Assembly (NCBI GenBank): GCA_013265495.1
Contig: MU058444.1
Coordinates: forward strand, 1-64,000
DNA length: 64,000 nt
Direction: 5' to 3'
Source: Vicugna vicugna
Lineage: Eukaryota
Shown: positions 52,284 through 64,000 of the stretch, in pieces
How the letters are laid out: each line of letters begins with the position of its first letter
Numbering within the stretch: the stretch's first letter is position 1
The notes under the pieces: generated by a model
The model's database searches: none
What the model saw: only the letters and a program-made list of their open reading frames with translations
What the model was told of the DNA's origin: nothing
Made by a program: the position numbers and the translations under genes

Positions 52284-53654
52284 CTATTGAAAATAAAGGA
52301 GAGAGAAAGATTGAACCTCCTCTAGATGCATGCTTGGTGTGATCTTTAGGAAAAGAAGAAGGGAAGTGTAAAGGTTGGAGAGGTTCACAGTAACCTGAGA
52401 ACTCACATTTGCTTACACCATGGTGCTTAGGGAGCGAGTGTTTGCATAACATGGAAACCTGGAGAGAATGGCCAACAGTGCCCTTGTCAAAAGAAAAGAA
52501 CTTTCCTCAATTGTTTCTTTCCCCTCTTCTACGGATCACCTTACGGCAAGGTCTGGATGCCCACTTTAACAAACTGTACTTCAAAAGACAAGTATTTCAA
52601 AGCTAGGATTCTGTAAACTGCAGCTCCAAGTAGTCGCATTTTGCAATGCACTTCCTCCGTGGGCTTACTTTCCGTTTAGGAAAGTGGTCACCTGGGCATT
52701 CTAATCAAGGTATTTCACCCTCCCTCACTGGTAGGTTATTTAATCATCTCACTATTAAGTCCCACCACTGGACAGTTAAATCATAATCAAACACACCGAT
52801 GTGGAGAAGTTAGTTTAGGAATTTTAACAATTTCGTTTTGGTTGTGCAAGAATAATTTATGACAACATCCCCACCCTGAACTCATACAAAATTTAAAGTG
52901 CAAGGTGCACCAATGCACTTACAACAATACCTAGTGGGATTCTGCTAAAAATCACAAGTTATTAAAAAAAAATCACGAGTTAAATATCAAAGGAAGGCTT
53001 TGCTGGGCAGAGTACAAACAGAACCTGCTTTTGTTTTCCCTGAAATCGCATGCTTTGAAAACTCATGAGAGTTGGTGTAAACAGTGAAGACTGTGAATCA
53101 TGATTTATGGTAAAATAAGACACATCATCCACATGTAAGGAAAGGCTTGAACTGGACCATTCAAGACAAACACTTGAGCACGCTTTGCATGAGACACCAA
53201 GATGGAGAAGGGATGGCAAACTGGTGCTACAAGGCAGACAGGTCCGGTCTGCACTGGTACTTTGCTTGGCTTGTGGGAGTAATTTAAAAAAGGAAGCAAC
53301 AATACCTCCACTATCTACCTTACCTACCTGGCATTTCACATGTAAATCCGGATCCCCAGCCTGAAAAACAAAGCCAAGCAGGAAGTCCAGCGGCAGGCTG
53401 GGTCCAGAGGGGCAGGGGCTGGGCTGCCCTCCTCTGAGGGGGGCTCTGGTCCGCGGTGGACCATCCCCTTATTTAAAGGCACCCACCCTCCCGGTCTCGG
53501 GATGGTGTTTGAGTCAGCCATCCCCATCAGAGAAAGGGTACTGTTCAAGACTGCTCTGCCCTTCAGCCAAGAAATATAAAGGGAAAAAAGTGTTAGTAAC
53601 CATAGGAAATAGCCTGGCAGGTTTAAAGGACAACAAACAACAAACTTTCCTGTT

Positions 53655-53875
53655 TTCTTTTTTAATTCTTATTTTTTATTGAAGTGTAGTCGATTTACAG
53701 TGTTAGTTTCAGGTGTACAGCAAAGTGATTCAGTTATAGATATATACATACGAACCTTCATACTTTTTCAGTTTCTTTGCCATTATGGCTCATTACAAGA
53801 AACTGAATATAGTTCCCTGTGCTATATAGTAGGTCTTTGTTGTTTACCTAGTTCATATATAGTAATGTGTATCTG
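53655..53875 (-). mobile_element. short L1 3' end in GCLC intron 1
   Basis: tttttattgaagtgtagtcgatttacagtgttagtttcaggtgtacagcaaagtgattcag. Confidence 0.8.
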
Positions 53876-53905
53876 ATAAAGTTTCGATTAACTTTTGTTA
53901 GTTGT

Positions 53906-54215
53906 TGCTGTGGACTGAATGCTATCCCTCCCACCCCATTAGAAGGGAGGCCTGGGCAGAGAGCGAGATGGCAATTAGGTCAGGAGAGATCTGTACCCTT
54001 TTAAGAAGAGAGGAGAAAGATCTCTCTCCACCATGCAAGAACACAGGAGAAGGCAGTCATCTGTAAACCAGGAAGAGGGCCCTCACCTGGAACTGGATCC
54101 ACCAGCACCTTAGATCTTGAACTTCCCAGCCTCCAGAACTGTGAGAAATAATTGTCTGTTCTTCAAGCCACCCACCCTGTGGTATTTGTTACAGTAGCCT
54201 GAACTGACCAAGACA
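53906..54215 (+). mobile_element. MLT1A-type MaLR solo LTR
   Basis: tgctgtggactgaatg...acttcccagcctccagaactgtgagaaata...gcctgaactgaccaagaca. Confidence 0.82.
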
Positions 54216-57200
54216 TTGTCTTACTGATAAGTTCAAGTTCCCATTCGTGCTTCTCTACTAGACTCTTTTAGTTCAAAAAGTGGGTAGGGGCTTGATTTAG
54301 GTAACACAAACCAGAAATGTGGCATCTCTACCTGTACAATCACTCAATGTCAAGTGCCTGAAAGCTGTGGGCTGCAGAATCTGGAACTGCTCCCAACATT
54401 AGGTACAGGTGTTCAGGTAACATCTACAGATCCCGGACTCCGGGACAGCTAAACCTGATGGAACAGGAAACTTCATTAAGTCTCTGGATGGATATCTGAA
54501 AACATCCAAAGTATGAGATGTGGGATTTACCTTTAAATAAGCAGCATGAGGAGTGGTGTGCCATGAACTCGCCACTCACGCATCCATATCTTCAAACTCA
54601 TCATGCAAAGTCGGCTCGATCACCCATTTTACAGGTGGACAGGGCTGCCCAAGGCCACAAGTGGCAGAGCAGGGATTTCAAGGCCCAGCACACCTTGCTG
54701 CTAGGACCACAGAGAATGCCAACCTTGGTTAGTGACAAGCTTTTTAAAAAGCTGTTGTAAGCTTTGAGGCAGGGATATGTTATAATACTGGCCGAAAATC
54801 TTTCAAACCGATTATGCCTCCGTTTTACACAGTGGGCCTGACAGTGAATGACAGCAGCTCAGCTGTAGCAGTTACAGATTTAAATGGATGGGTCACACTG
54901 TAAACCGACTAAACTTCAATTAAAAAAAAAAAAGGCAATAAATAAATAAATAAATCGATGGATAAGCCTGTCTCCTGTCTGCTCTGTGTAGCACCTTACA
55001 CCCTCCCAGGTAGGAAAAAAACCTTCCTCCTTCGTCACTGGCTCCAACACATCTGCCTGGTATCAACTGTCATGGGGTGATGCTATCTTTTTAGCCGGAT
55101 GACATGCTTCCGGAAAGAAAGATGAAGAGATACTTCCTTGCTGACTGGGTTCCCACCACTTATCTATTATCAAAATGAACCAGAACTTTTGTACCAACTA
55201 TATAACCTAGATTGCAATCACTTTTGTTAGTTTCCTAGTTTTGAAATGACTGAAATCCCCAGTTTTCAGAATCATGCTCAGCCCAGAGGCTGAAGGCCTT
55301 GGGTGGGACAAGAGAACAGAAAACCCAAACTCAGGTTGTAAATATCAGCCCAGTGGATGACATTTAAAACGATTACAAACCAAACTCTCCTTAATTAAAA
55401 AAAGAATCACCCATGATCTCATTAAGCAGATGAAACAGAAAAACATCAGAATATTTACCACATGAGAAAGAGAAACTCACTTCTGGATAACATCTGAGTT
55501 CAGAACTGCCCAAACACCTTCCAAACTCAATTTAAGGCTTTCTGAAATAATTGTCCCCTACAGCCGAAGCCTCGATCTTTTTGCATCAGGGTTCAAAAGG
55601 GCTCTCTGACCCCTCACCTTTTGGTTACCTTAACCCTCCCCCCACCTCAATATTTCACGTTTATTTCCAATTCTAGTCCACGCAAGCACTCAAAGAGTTA
55701 ACTCGATCCTTAGGAGCCAGACCGGAGCTGTAACGGAGTTTGGTTCGTTTGGTTCGGTAATTGGCTGTTCAGGAATAATAAAAACTGATACGTTAAAACA
55801 ACGCTTCCCCAAACACCTAAAGCCACCGTGATTTATTTCATTATCTCTGGGTTTTTATTTCCATTCTACCCTTCCTGTTCGCGTAAAAAGGATGAGAGGA
55901 AAAGGCAAAATCAAAGAAAAAAAAATAACGAAGCAGGACATAGAGGCCCTTTTGTATACAACACAGATTCTGAGGACTAGTTTCTGCTTCTGAACTTCAA
56001 ACATCTGGGCTGCACACCCAGGTACAGTGACACCTCGCTGTGCATAACAAGACGCCGAGAGCTGTACCCGAGGAGCGATAAAAATGGGTGCAGCATGACT
56101 AATTCAAATTCGAGTAATTGGCCTATCATTTGGAAGCAGCAAAGATACCCACCCGGCTCCATTCTCCCCAGACGTAATTCAGAGAGGGCACTGCTATTTG
56201 GTGCCCATCTTTTTAAATGGGGGAAGAACAGGCCCGATAAAAAAGCCCCACCACTTTGAGACATATTTTAAGTGTGTGCTTTTTCTACAAATTAAAATTA
56301 AAATTCCTTAGCTGTCTATTGCTAAAAGGCTAAATGTTATCCCACTAGAATGAAAGTCTCTAATATCTCTGAGCTGTTGAATCAAAGACAAAGGCACATT
56401 CAAAAGATTATTACGTGGTTTACTTGTGATACGGGGTTGCTAGGAGGCAACAGCCCTCCAGCCTTTTAGCGCAGGTCCGCACAGGCGTGAGGTGCTGGGT
56501 GTTCATCTGAAATGAGGCCAATAAAAATAAAGAATTTTAATTGACGGAGATGTCAGTCAGTGGTGACCATATATAGTAGACAGTGAGATACCTGTGGCAT
56601 TAAAGTTCGAGATAACAGTCCAGATCAACTATGAACACAAATCTTAAAAATTTCAACATTTTAATATTGTCTTTAAATGGCATTTACCAGTAGTTTTAAT
56701 TAAAAAAAAAAGCATTTGGATACTCTACTATGAGGGTAAGGGTTTCAGGAAGTTTAGTATTTGAACAAAGGCTAGACATTTAATAAAATACTCATTTTTA
56801 GATTACTACTCCCTGGAGGTGAAAATCAATTACTTTTTTAGGAAACAATCTAGTTCTACCAGCCTCAGAAGCAGCTGGAGGCAGCTCCCTCTTCAGGGAG
56901 GTTAGACTTTGAGGAAGTTCTTCTGTCAATTTCTGTGTAAATTAGAACAAAGGAATTTTCCCAGAGAAACAATGTTATACAAAGGTAAGGCTGGGGGGTG
57001 CGCCTCTCAAAGGTATTTAAACCATCCTGTGCCTGACCTCTAGAGAGCGACCCCATCACCAAGGTCCCTGAGGGACAGTGAGCCTTGAGATCTTACAATT
57101 TCCTCCCAGGCAGTGGGATAAGGGCGAGGACTCGGCCTCCTTGCACCCTGGAGAAGGGCTGTATCCAGGGGGTCGGGTCCAGGAGGGCAAGGGGCTGGTG

Positions 57201-60200
57201 GGGGAAGGGTCGGATCTTGGCCCAGGAAGAGGGGGCAGCAGGGCAGGGTCTGTAGCCACCCCACCGAAATTCAGCACTCCGGATTCAGGGCCAGCTCCCC
57301 CACTCCACTGGCCCAAGCAGTAGTCTTGACGCCTGCTGGAACCACCTGTTGCTTCTAGGAGACCCAGTTTTCTCTGACACTAACCCCTACAGAAGCCCGC
57401 AGCCTTTCTGTGACAGGGCTCTAATTAGCTGGGGACCGTCACTGCCTAAACACACTGCTTGCTGCCCCTGCCCTCACTGTCCTTTCACCCACCCAAAGTC
57501 CTGTGCCGGGAAAGCCCTACAGAGCCTGGCGGATGTGGCTCCTGCTCTCATGGGGACATGTGGCTGGAATAACAGCCAGTAACTCAACAGAGCCACGTGA
57601 TCTGGACATGAACTCCACATGACCATCTGAGCTGTGCATGTGGGACTCGAGGGTCTGGTCCCGTCCAAGGCTTCCTAGGGAAAGGGACTGGCCAGGCAAA
57701 GGAGGGGGTCCTCACAAATACGGCCCCCCCAGAGCCCTGTTCTGAGCGCAGCACAGTCACCTGTCTGGCTGGCCAGAGATGCAGGCAAACTGAGCCCGCC
57801 CCCAGGGACCTGGCCAGTCATCTCTCTCTGGGTTACAAACTGTTCCAAAGCTGGTGCCTTCTGTCCAGAAGACTGTTTCCTCACACAGCAAAATATTAAC
57901 GACCAATATTTTTGAGCACTTTTCACCATCTAGTCAGATGGGACCCATTTCTGCATCTAGCATGAGACCCAGACTTGGAGCACCCAAAGGGGTGCCCGCC
58001 ACAGTGATGCTACCCCTTTAAATCACCCATGGTGAAACAGGGAGGACCTGCACATACGACCAAAGGGCAGCAGGGCCTGAAACAAGGGATGAACTTGAGC
58101 TGACCACAAGTTCAGGGACCATCTGTACATATTGCCATTTTAGGCTGTAACTGTGGTATGTTCCCCAAAAGGAAAGGTTTTAGTAGTTTAAAGTTATATC
58201 AAATTCTCATAATACCTACTATATTGTGACCTTCCCCCCACTATGAAATGCCATTTCACAGCACAGACTTTACATGGGGTGCAATGCAGGGAAGTTTATA
58301 CTTGTAACACAAAATAAATCTGGCCTCACTCTGCCCTGGTCCTCTGTTGGCATCCTAGATCAGGACTTCCCAGAGCAAGGGGCTTTTTATTTATGCTAAT
58401 CTCAACTTTAACATAAACGATGCATAAATGCATACAATGCATGAAATGATGAATTTCCAACATGATTAGGTAAAGTAACTTCCTTGAATGATTATCAAAA
58501 TAAATTCTTCATGTGCCAGATTAGTGATATGAGGCCTAAGTGGGGGGAAAAAAATCTTAAGATTTAAGAAAGAGAAAGAAAATCAAACCAGGGAAAATTG
58601 CGGTGACTCTCATATGGGGAACAATGACACAAAAAGAAAGGAAAAAAAGAATCACACTCTCCAATATGGTAGATGAGTGTGACTTTTTAAGAGTTAAAAT
58701 AAAAAATTCAGTTCCCAGGTTCCTAACTGGACATTGCAAACAATTCTATTGCAGTAGGAAGTTGTACTGGACAGCACTGGACTTGAACACAAGAGAAACC
58801 ACACCCTGGAACTGAACTGGACACATGACTTTTGGTACAAAGGAAATCCTTAAATGTAGATCTGCTCTTTCACGTCCTACAAAATGGTAGGAGACATTTA
58901 TTTTCTGGGCCTCTGAAATTAACACTGGCTTTTTTTTTTTTTAACCATGCCACTATACTTCAGGAATATGTCAGCTTTATAATTTTCTGACGGTTAAAAG
59001 ACCAGGTTTAACTCACTCCTACCTTATTTCTGAACCAGACTAGCAGAACTCAAAGAGTCTTCTCAGAAAAGACAGCACATCAAGTTAAGTTACCCACAGG
59101 GAGGTTTGCTGCGGCCTCCCACCCGGCACTCCACCATTTAGAAACCTAAACCAGAAGACACTTCCTCCTGAAACAAGTTGTCAATGTAAATAGTTCTTGT
59201 TTCCCTCAGCACACCTGCAGGTTAGTGAGCATAAGTGAATTCCTTGGCTCTTTCCTGAGAGCGGAGTCCTGGTCACCACATGGCTGACCAGTGAGGGTGT
59301 CTTGGACCACCTGCTGTGCAGAGGGGGCGGGAGGGAGGGAGGGATCAGGGCCACCCAGGGCCCCTGAAGGGACTCTGACAAGGCACAGGAGAGCTCAGGG
59401 CTTCAGCAGAGGCCAGGCAGCCCTGGGAAGGACACCCTTCCTCCGTGGCGGGGCTGGCTCAGAGCAGGCAAGCCACAAAGCCAACTTGGTCTTGGGTGAG
59501 TGTGTTTATGAAGTTGGCCCAAATTCTGGGACCAACAAGACATGAGAAATTCAGGGCTTGAGTTCTTAGTAGTTGGTGGTCAATTAACTCACTCAACAAA
59601 TGGGGGGCAGTGGGGGGACTGCTTTCTAGAAAGACTGAGAGAGGTCTGGTGCTGAAATACAGGGATGCCCGTTAAATGCCTACAATCTCAAACCGATGAG
59701 TCGGGGCTCTGGCTTTGGCCCACTACCTGCTGCCCGGATGAGGGCCGCTGGGCTGGCGGCATAACTATCAAGTGAGGTCAGCCGGATCCCCATAGAGGTT
59801 CATCCATTTCACAGGGCTGCTCTGCCAGCAGCAGATTAGCTGGGAAGGCAGCGGCCACATCACTAAACCTGTGGTATCTGTCCTGCAGACCCAGAAACTG
59901 ACCACACATACTCAGTACTTTGGGTTTGAAAGCATGCTGGCCTTTAACTGGGCAGGAATCAGGGGCCTGCACTTGGGGTGCTAAGGCGTTCATCGCAGCA
60001 GCCGCCTTCCTTTGTTCCCGCCACCCCTCACCCCACTCCCTTCTGGTCCACCGCCAGCCTCACGGCAGGATGGAGCCCCCAGACACCATCCCAGAGCTCT
60101 CAACCTCCTACCCGGGAGGGAGGTGGTCACGGGGAGCTCTGTAGTCGACCAGTTTGAATCTGAAACTTCTGTGTCTGTTCTTTTGTAAAATGGGAGTAAT

Positions 60201-62849
60201 GCCTACCTCAGGGGGACACTGGGGAGGATCACAAAAAATAATGCATGTAAGCGCCTAAAACAGTAGTGAGGACACGCATCAGTCCATGTCAATGGTGACT
60301 GCTTTCTAGCCCTTGGACAGCGACACACTCATTGAGGCAAAACAGGATCTTGTTAAGTGTTCTTCAAATGCTGGTTACAACCCCTTCGGGGACCCTGGTG
60401 CCTTATAATCAACACTACAAAATAAACCTTGAAGTAGAGTAGAATAAAATATCAGAATATGTCACTCGCGGGAAGCCTGTTACTGTTTCACCCAGAGTTG
60501 CACACGGGGTGTTTGTTTCAGGTACTCTTGGTTTCAGTAAAAGTGAAAGCCCCAGTGCAGAACACCCCAAGCTCTGCCGCAGCCGAACTGGTTCTTTCTC
60601 CGCCACGGGTCAAGTCGCTTCCCTCCGCTCCTCGACATTTTCAAAGGGCTCACACGCGGCACAACGTCCAACATCCCCTACCCGCAAGGTGCACAGGCCC
60701 ATCTCCGGCCCCGCCTCCCCCACGCCGGCCCCGCCCCCGGCCTTCTCTTTGCTGCGCCACCCGCCCACCACTTAGGGTCTGGGACAGCACTCCTCTACTT
60801 GGCAAGCTTTCAAGGCAGCCCTTCAAAGAGCTGGCTCTTGCAGGGATCAAGTCAAGTGCCCCCTCTTCACAGGAACCTTTGCAGGCCCCCGACACTAGGT
60901 AGGACCCCCTTCTTGTTCGCACCTACTCTAGTGCCTGCTGGAGTTGCGGGAAGTGGCTATCCTGGCCAGAGCAGTCTTAATTTTCCCTCTCTCCTCACAC
61001 ATATTACAATTATTTGGAGTGTGTTTTTTTTCCCTTCTCCAGAGATGAAAACAGTGTTCCTTCCAATTCTAAACTATCATTTCTGTAATTAAACTCTTCC
61101 AGAAATTCTCTGTACAGGACCATCCATTTTCCTTTCCTTCTCAAATACAAGGCATGACACACGACAATGCCAGGAAGGTAATTTTTTTTCAAATGCACCG
61201 TCTCGTCACCCAAAGCTTTACCTTTTTTTAGCATATGATCTCTTAAACTGTATGCACGTTACCAGTGGAAATCTAAAACTGATTACGTCCTCTTCTGCTA
61301 AAACAGGAAGATAGTAAACACACTTCCATTTTTTATTAAGGCTTCAGACTTCATGGGCAATTTCATTTCTTTCAACTAGAGTCGTAACAGAGTGAGGCCC
61401 TGAGAGGCGCACGGGCTGCCGCGTCTAGACCTGCTTTTCCAAGCTGCTCTGTGACTTGGTCTCTCATTTCTGCCTCGACTGATTGTTCTACAGTTCATAC
61501 TGAGCTGAGGAACAAGACTGCAGAAACTGTGTATAAACTGAGTGATCTCCGGGTAAGGGCTTGAGACACACTTCTAGGAGTAAAGTGCATGCACTCTGTA
61601 CGCAGAGGACTTTTGCTTACTTCCTAGTTCTTGCTCTGTTTGTGCATTGGGGCCAGATCCTGACCCCTGGGTACCACTTCCACAGCAACGGCAGCTTTGG
61701 GGCGGAGGGGAGAACCATGGGCAGGGCTGCTGCAGCCTGTGAAGGACGACACGCCTTACAGGTACCCGACTTGCGTAAACACGTGAACGCTCCCAGCCGG
61801 AGATGAAGGGCACGCTCCCAGATAACCTCTATAGGTTCCCGAGGCTTCCAGTTCTCAGCGCATCCTTCCAAATAACTTTTGTAATTAAAAAAAAGTTCAC
61901 TTTCCAGTGTTTAAGGTTACTAACATTCAGAGAAGTGCCAGCAAGCTTTCACAGGTACTTGGAGATCTTCACTCTCTCTCTGGAGCTTTAAAGTATGGGG
62001 AGCCCTGTGCACCCTGATCCTGGTGGGTAACCCGAATGGGGCACTCACATCTCAGATCCTTACGAGCTTCCAGGAAAGGGGTCGTGGAGGCTCTCACCTT
62101 AAAGCTTTGTTTTAACTCTGTTAAATCAGCATCCAGTTCAAAAACAGAGGAGTTAACTGAATCCAAAGGACTGAAAAAGGACCTGGGGGATGGGAGACAA
62201 GACAGTGTGTTTGTGTGAACATTTACGTAATTAGGAACATCTGATCTGGGGGTTCTTTGCAATCTTGTTGTGGAAACAAGTTTAATTACTAAATCTTGAA
62301 CATCTCAGAACACAGAAAGCTCTCCAAACAGCATCCCAGAGAACTGCAGCCCATATGAACTCTCCAAAAACACACCAACCTGTACACCTGAGTTTCCCAG
62401 GTACCTATAAAAGATGTGCTCTTTTGGCGAGAAGCCTGAGGCTTATTTATGTTTCCCTACCTTTCTAAACAATGTTTGAGAACCCCAGCCTCTAAGTGGA
62501 GATTCAGGGTCAGCATTCTAAAATACTCAACGGGTTACCATCAGTTTCAATACACAATGGAGTTAAGTTGTATTTCCGTGGCTACTAACTTAAGTGACCC
62601 AAATGCATACACTTTCCCAGTTCAATTCTTTTTCTTTCTGAAAATCACAAGATTTCAAGGACCCTACAAGCTGTGAAAACATTCATGGGCTCTGTGCCAT
62701 TTATTTTGGCCAGTAACCCATTTTCGCTCCTTTCCCAAGTTCTTAATTCGTCACAGATAGGTTGCTGCCAAAGCCTTGGGTCCCTGCCTAACTGGCCAAC
62801 CCCATGGCTTCCTTTCCATCCCCATCCTTGCACACCTCTCGAAAGCCTG

Positions 62850-63780
62850 CCGTCCTTGGTGCCCCCACAGCAGGCCCACTGCCCCACTGTTCCTTCTCAG
62901 CTTCTCACACTGCATCCCTGCCCTCAGTTCCTCACTGGCTTATCTTGCTCTCCACCTTGGTTTTAGGCCTGGGGCTGCCCAGCCACACACACAGTCTCAG
63001 GTGTCGCTCCGGCTCCTCTCCTGTCTCCAGGCATCTCTACTGGATGAGCAGAGGGTTCCGAACCTGAACCTTGAAAGCAGTTCCCCAAGAACTATCCCAG
63101 CAGGGACCCTTAGTCACTTGGTCATCAGAGTTAGGAACCTGGGAGAGATGCCACCACTCACATGCAGGTCCCTCAGACGCCTCCTCCAGAGTATCTCTAA
63201 CACTCACAAAGCTTTATCTCTAGAACCCCAGGTTAACTCTCTTCTGTCTCCCAGGAAGGACATGACCTCTGCAGTGTGAGCTCCCTGTCCCTAGCTACCC
63301 CTCCCAACCCATTTTTCACACTACCACCAATGGGATCCAGGATCAGTCTCCCTGTACCATTCCTGGACTCAAGGCTCCTGCCGTGGCCCAGGACCAAGGA
63401 CAGCCTCAGCCTCCAGCCACTCCCTGTGCCCTGCTCTGGTCCCACACCACAGCGGTAACCCTCAACTACAGGCATCTTCACAGTCACACATCTGTACATC
63501 CCTTCCCTTGCCTTCTCCATCTCCCTCAGAGGTCCTTCCAGAAGGCCCCCTCCCCCATCTATACGGCTCCCAGGATCTCCAGGTCTGGAGCAAACTCCTC
63601 TCCTCCCTCCTGCCCGCCGCCACTGCCTGGCACTGGGGTTCTTCAAGGGCAGAGAGCTTCTCCCTTTTCTTGGTTTTTCTCTTCAACCCCACGACCTGCC
63701 TTGATAAGGGACTGCACAGGAAGGTCTTGATAAACGGGAATCTCTCAGTGAGTACTTAAAAGTCATCTATTGTGGAAATA
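62850..63780. mobile_element. decayed L2 LINE (extent approximate)
   Basis: pyrimidine-rich L2-like motifs (catctctactggatg, agttaggaacctggga, ctccctgtccct). Confidence 0.5.
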
Positions 63781-64000
63781 AAGCTTTTAGTGTTTGGCCA
63801 CCTGTAAGTGAAGCTCAAGTCTCAGCTTTTCTGAAGGAAACATTCTATACCACCTGGCTTTTCTACAGAGAAGCTGTGAGGCTCAAACAGGTTTATTCAG
63901 GAGTTCAAGAAAATGTTTCTAAAAATCTAATATCTATGGGTTTGTAATTAGATTCCTTTTTCAGTAGCCAGTAAAATACGTTCTCTTTGAAAAATGCTAA

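Noticed and set aside
52284..64000. GCLC exon 1 and promoter
   Set aside because: No MGLLSQGSPLSWEET coding sequence or large CpG island found; this stretch is intron 1.

Overview
Mammalian genomic DNA, most likely a camelid: it carries several tRNA-Ala(AGC)-derived vic-1-type SINEs and recurring short L1 3' ends. The right half holds exons 2-16 of GCLC (glutamate-cysteine ligase catalytic subunit) on the minus strand, CDS 52283->33670, with the 3' UTR running to about 32290. Exon 1 lies beyond the right edge. The left 32 kb is repeat-rich sequence downstream of the gene, with a processed RPL21 pseudogene, L1s, solo LTRs, MIR/L2 and MER/Tigger elements. The main anomaly is GCLC exon 14, which stops after ...LMTI and lacks its last 20 coding nt and splice donor next to a G-quadruplex-like tract; an assembly artefact is more likely than a null allele. 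Other points of interest are exon-patchy GC3 inflation in GCLC, a 416-nt TSD-flanked insert of unrecognised sequence inside an L1, a twin-primed inverted L1, a tRNA-head/L1-tail chimera and a split SINE. I found no supportable novel protein-coding system. Human GCLC/RPL21 comparisons and repeat family names are from recall, not from a search.
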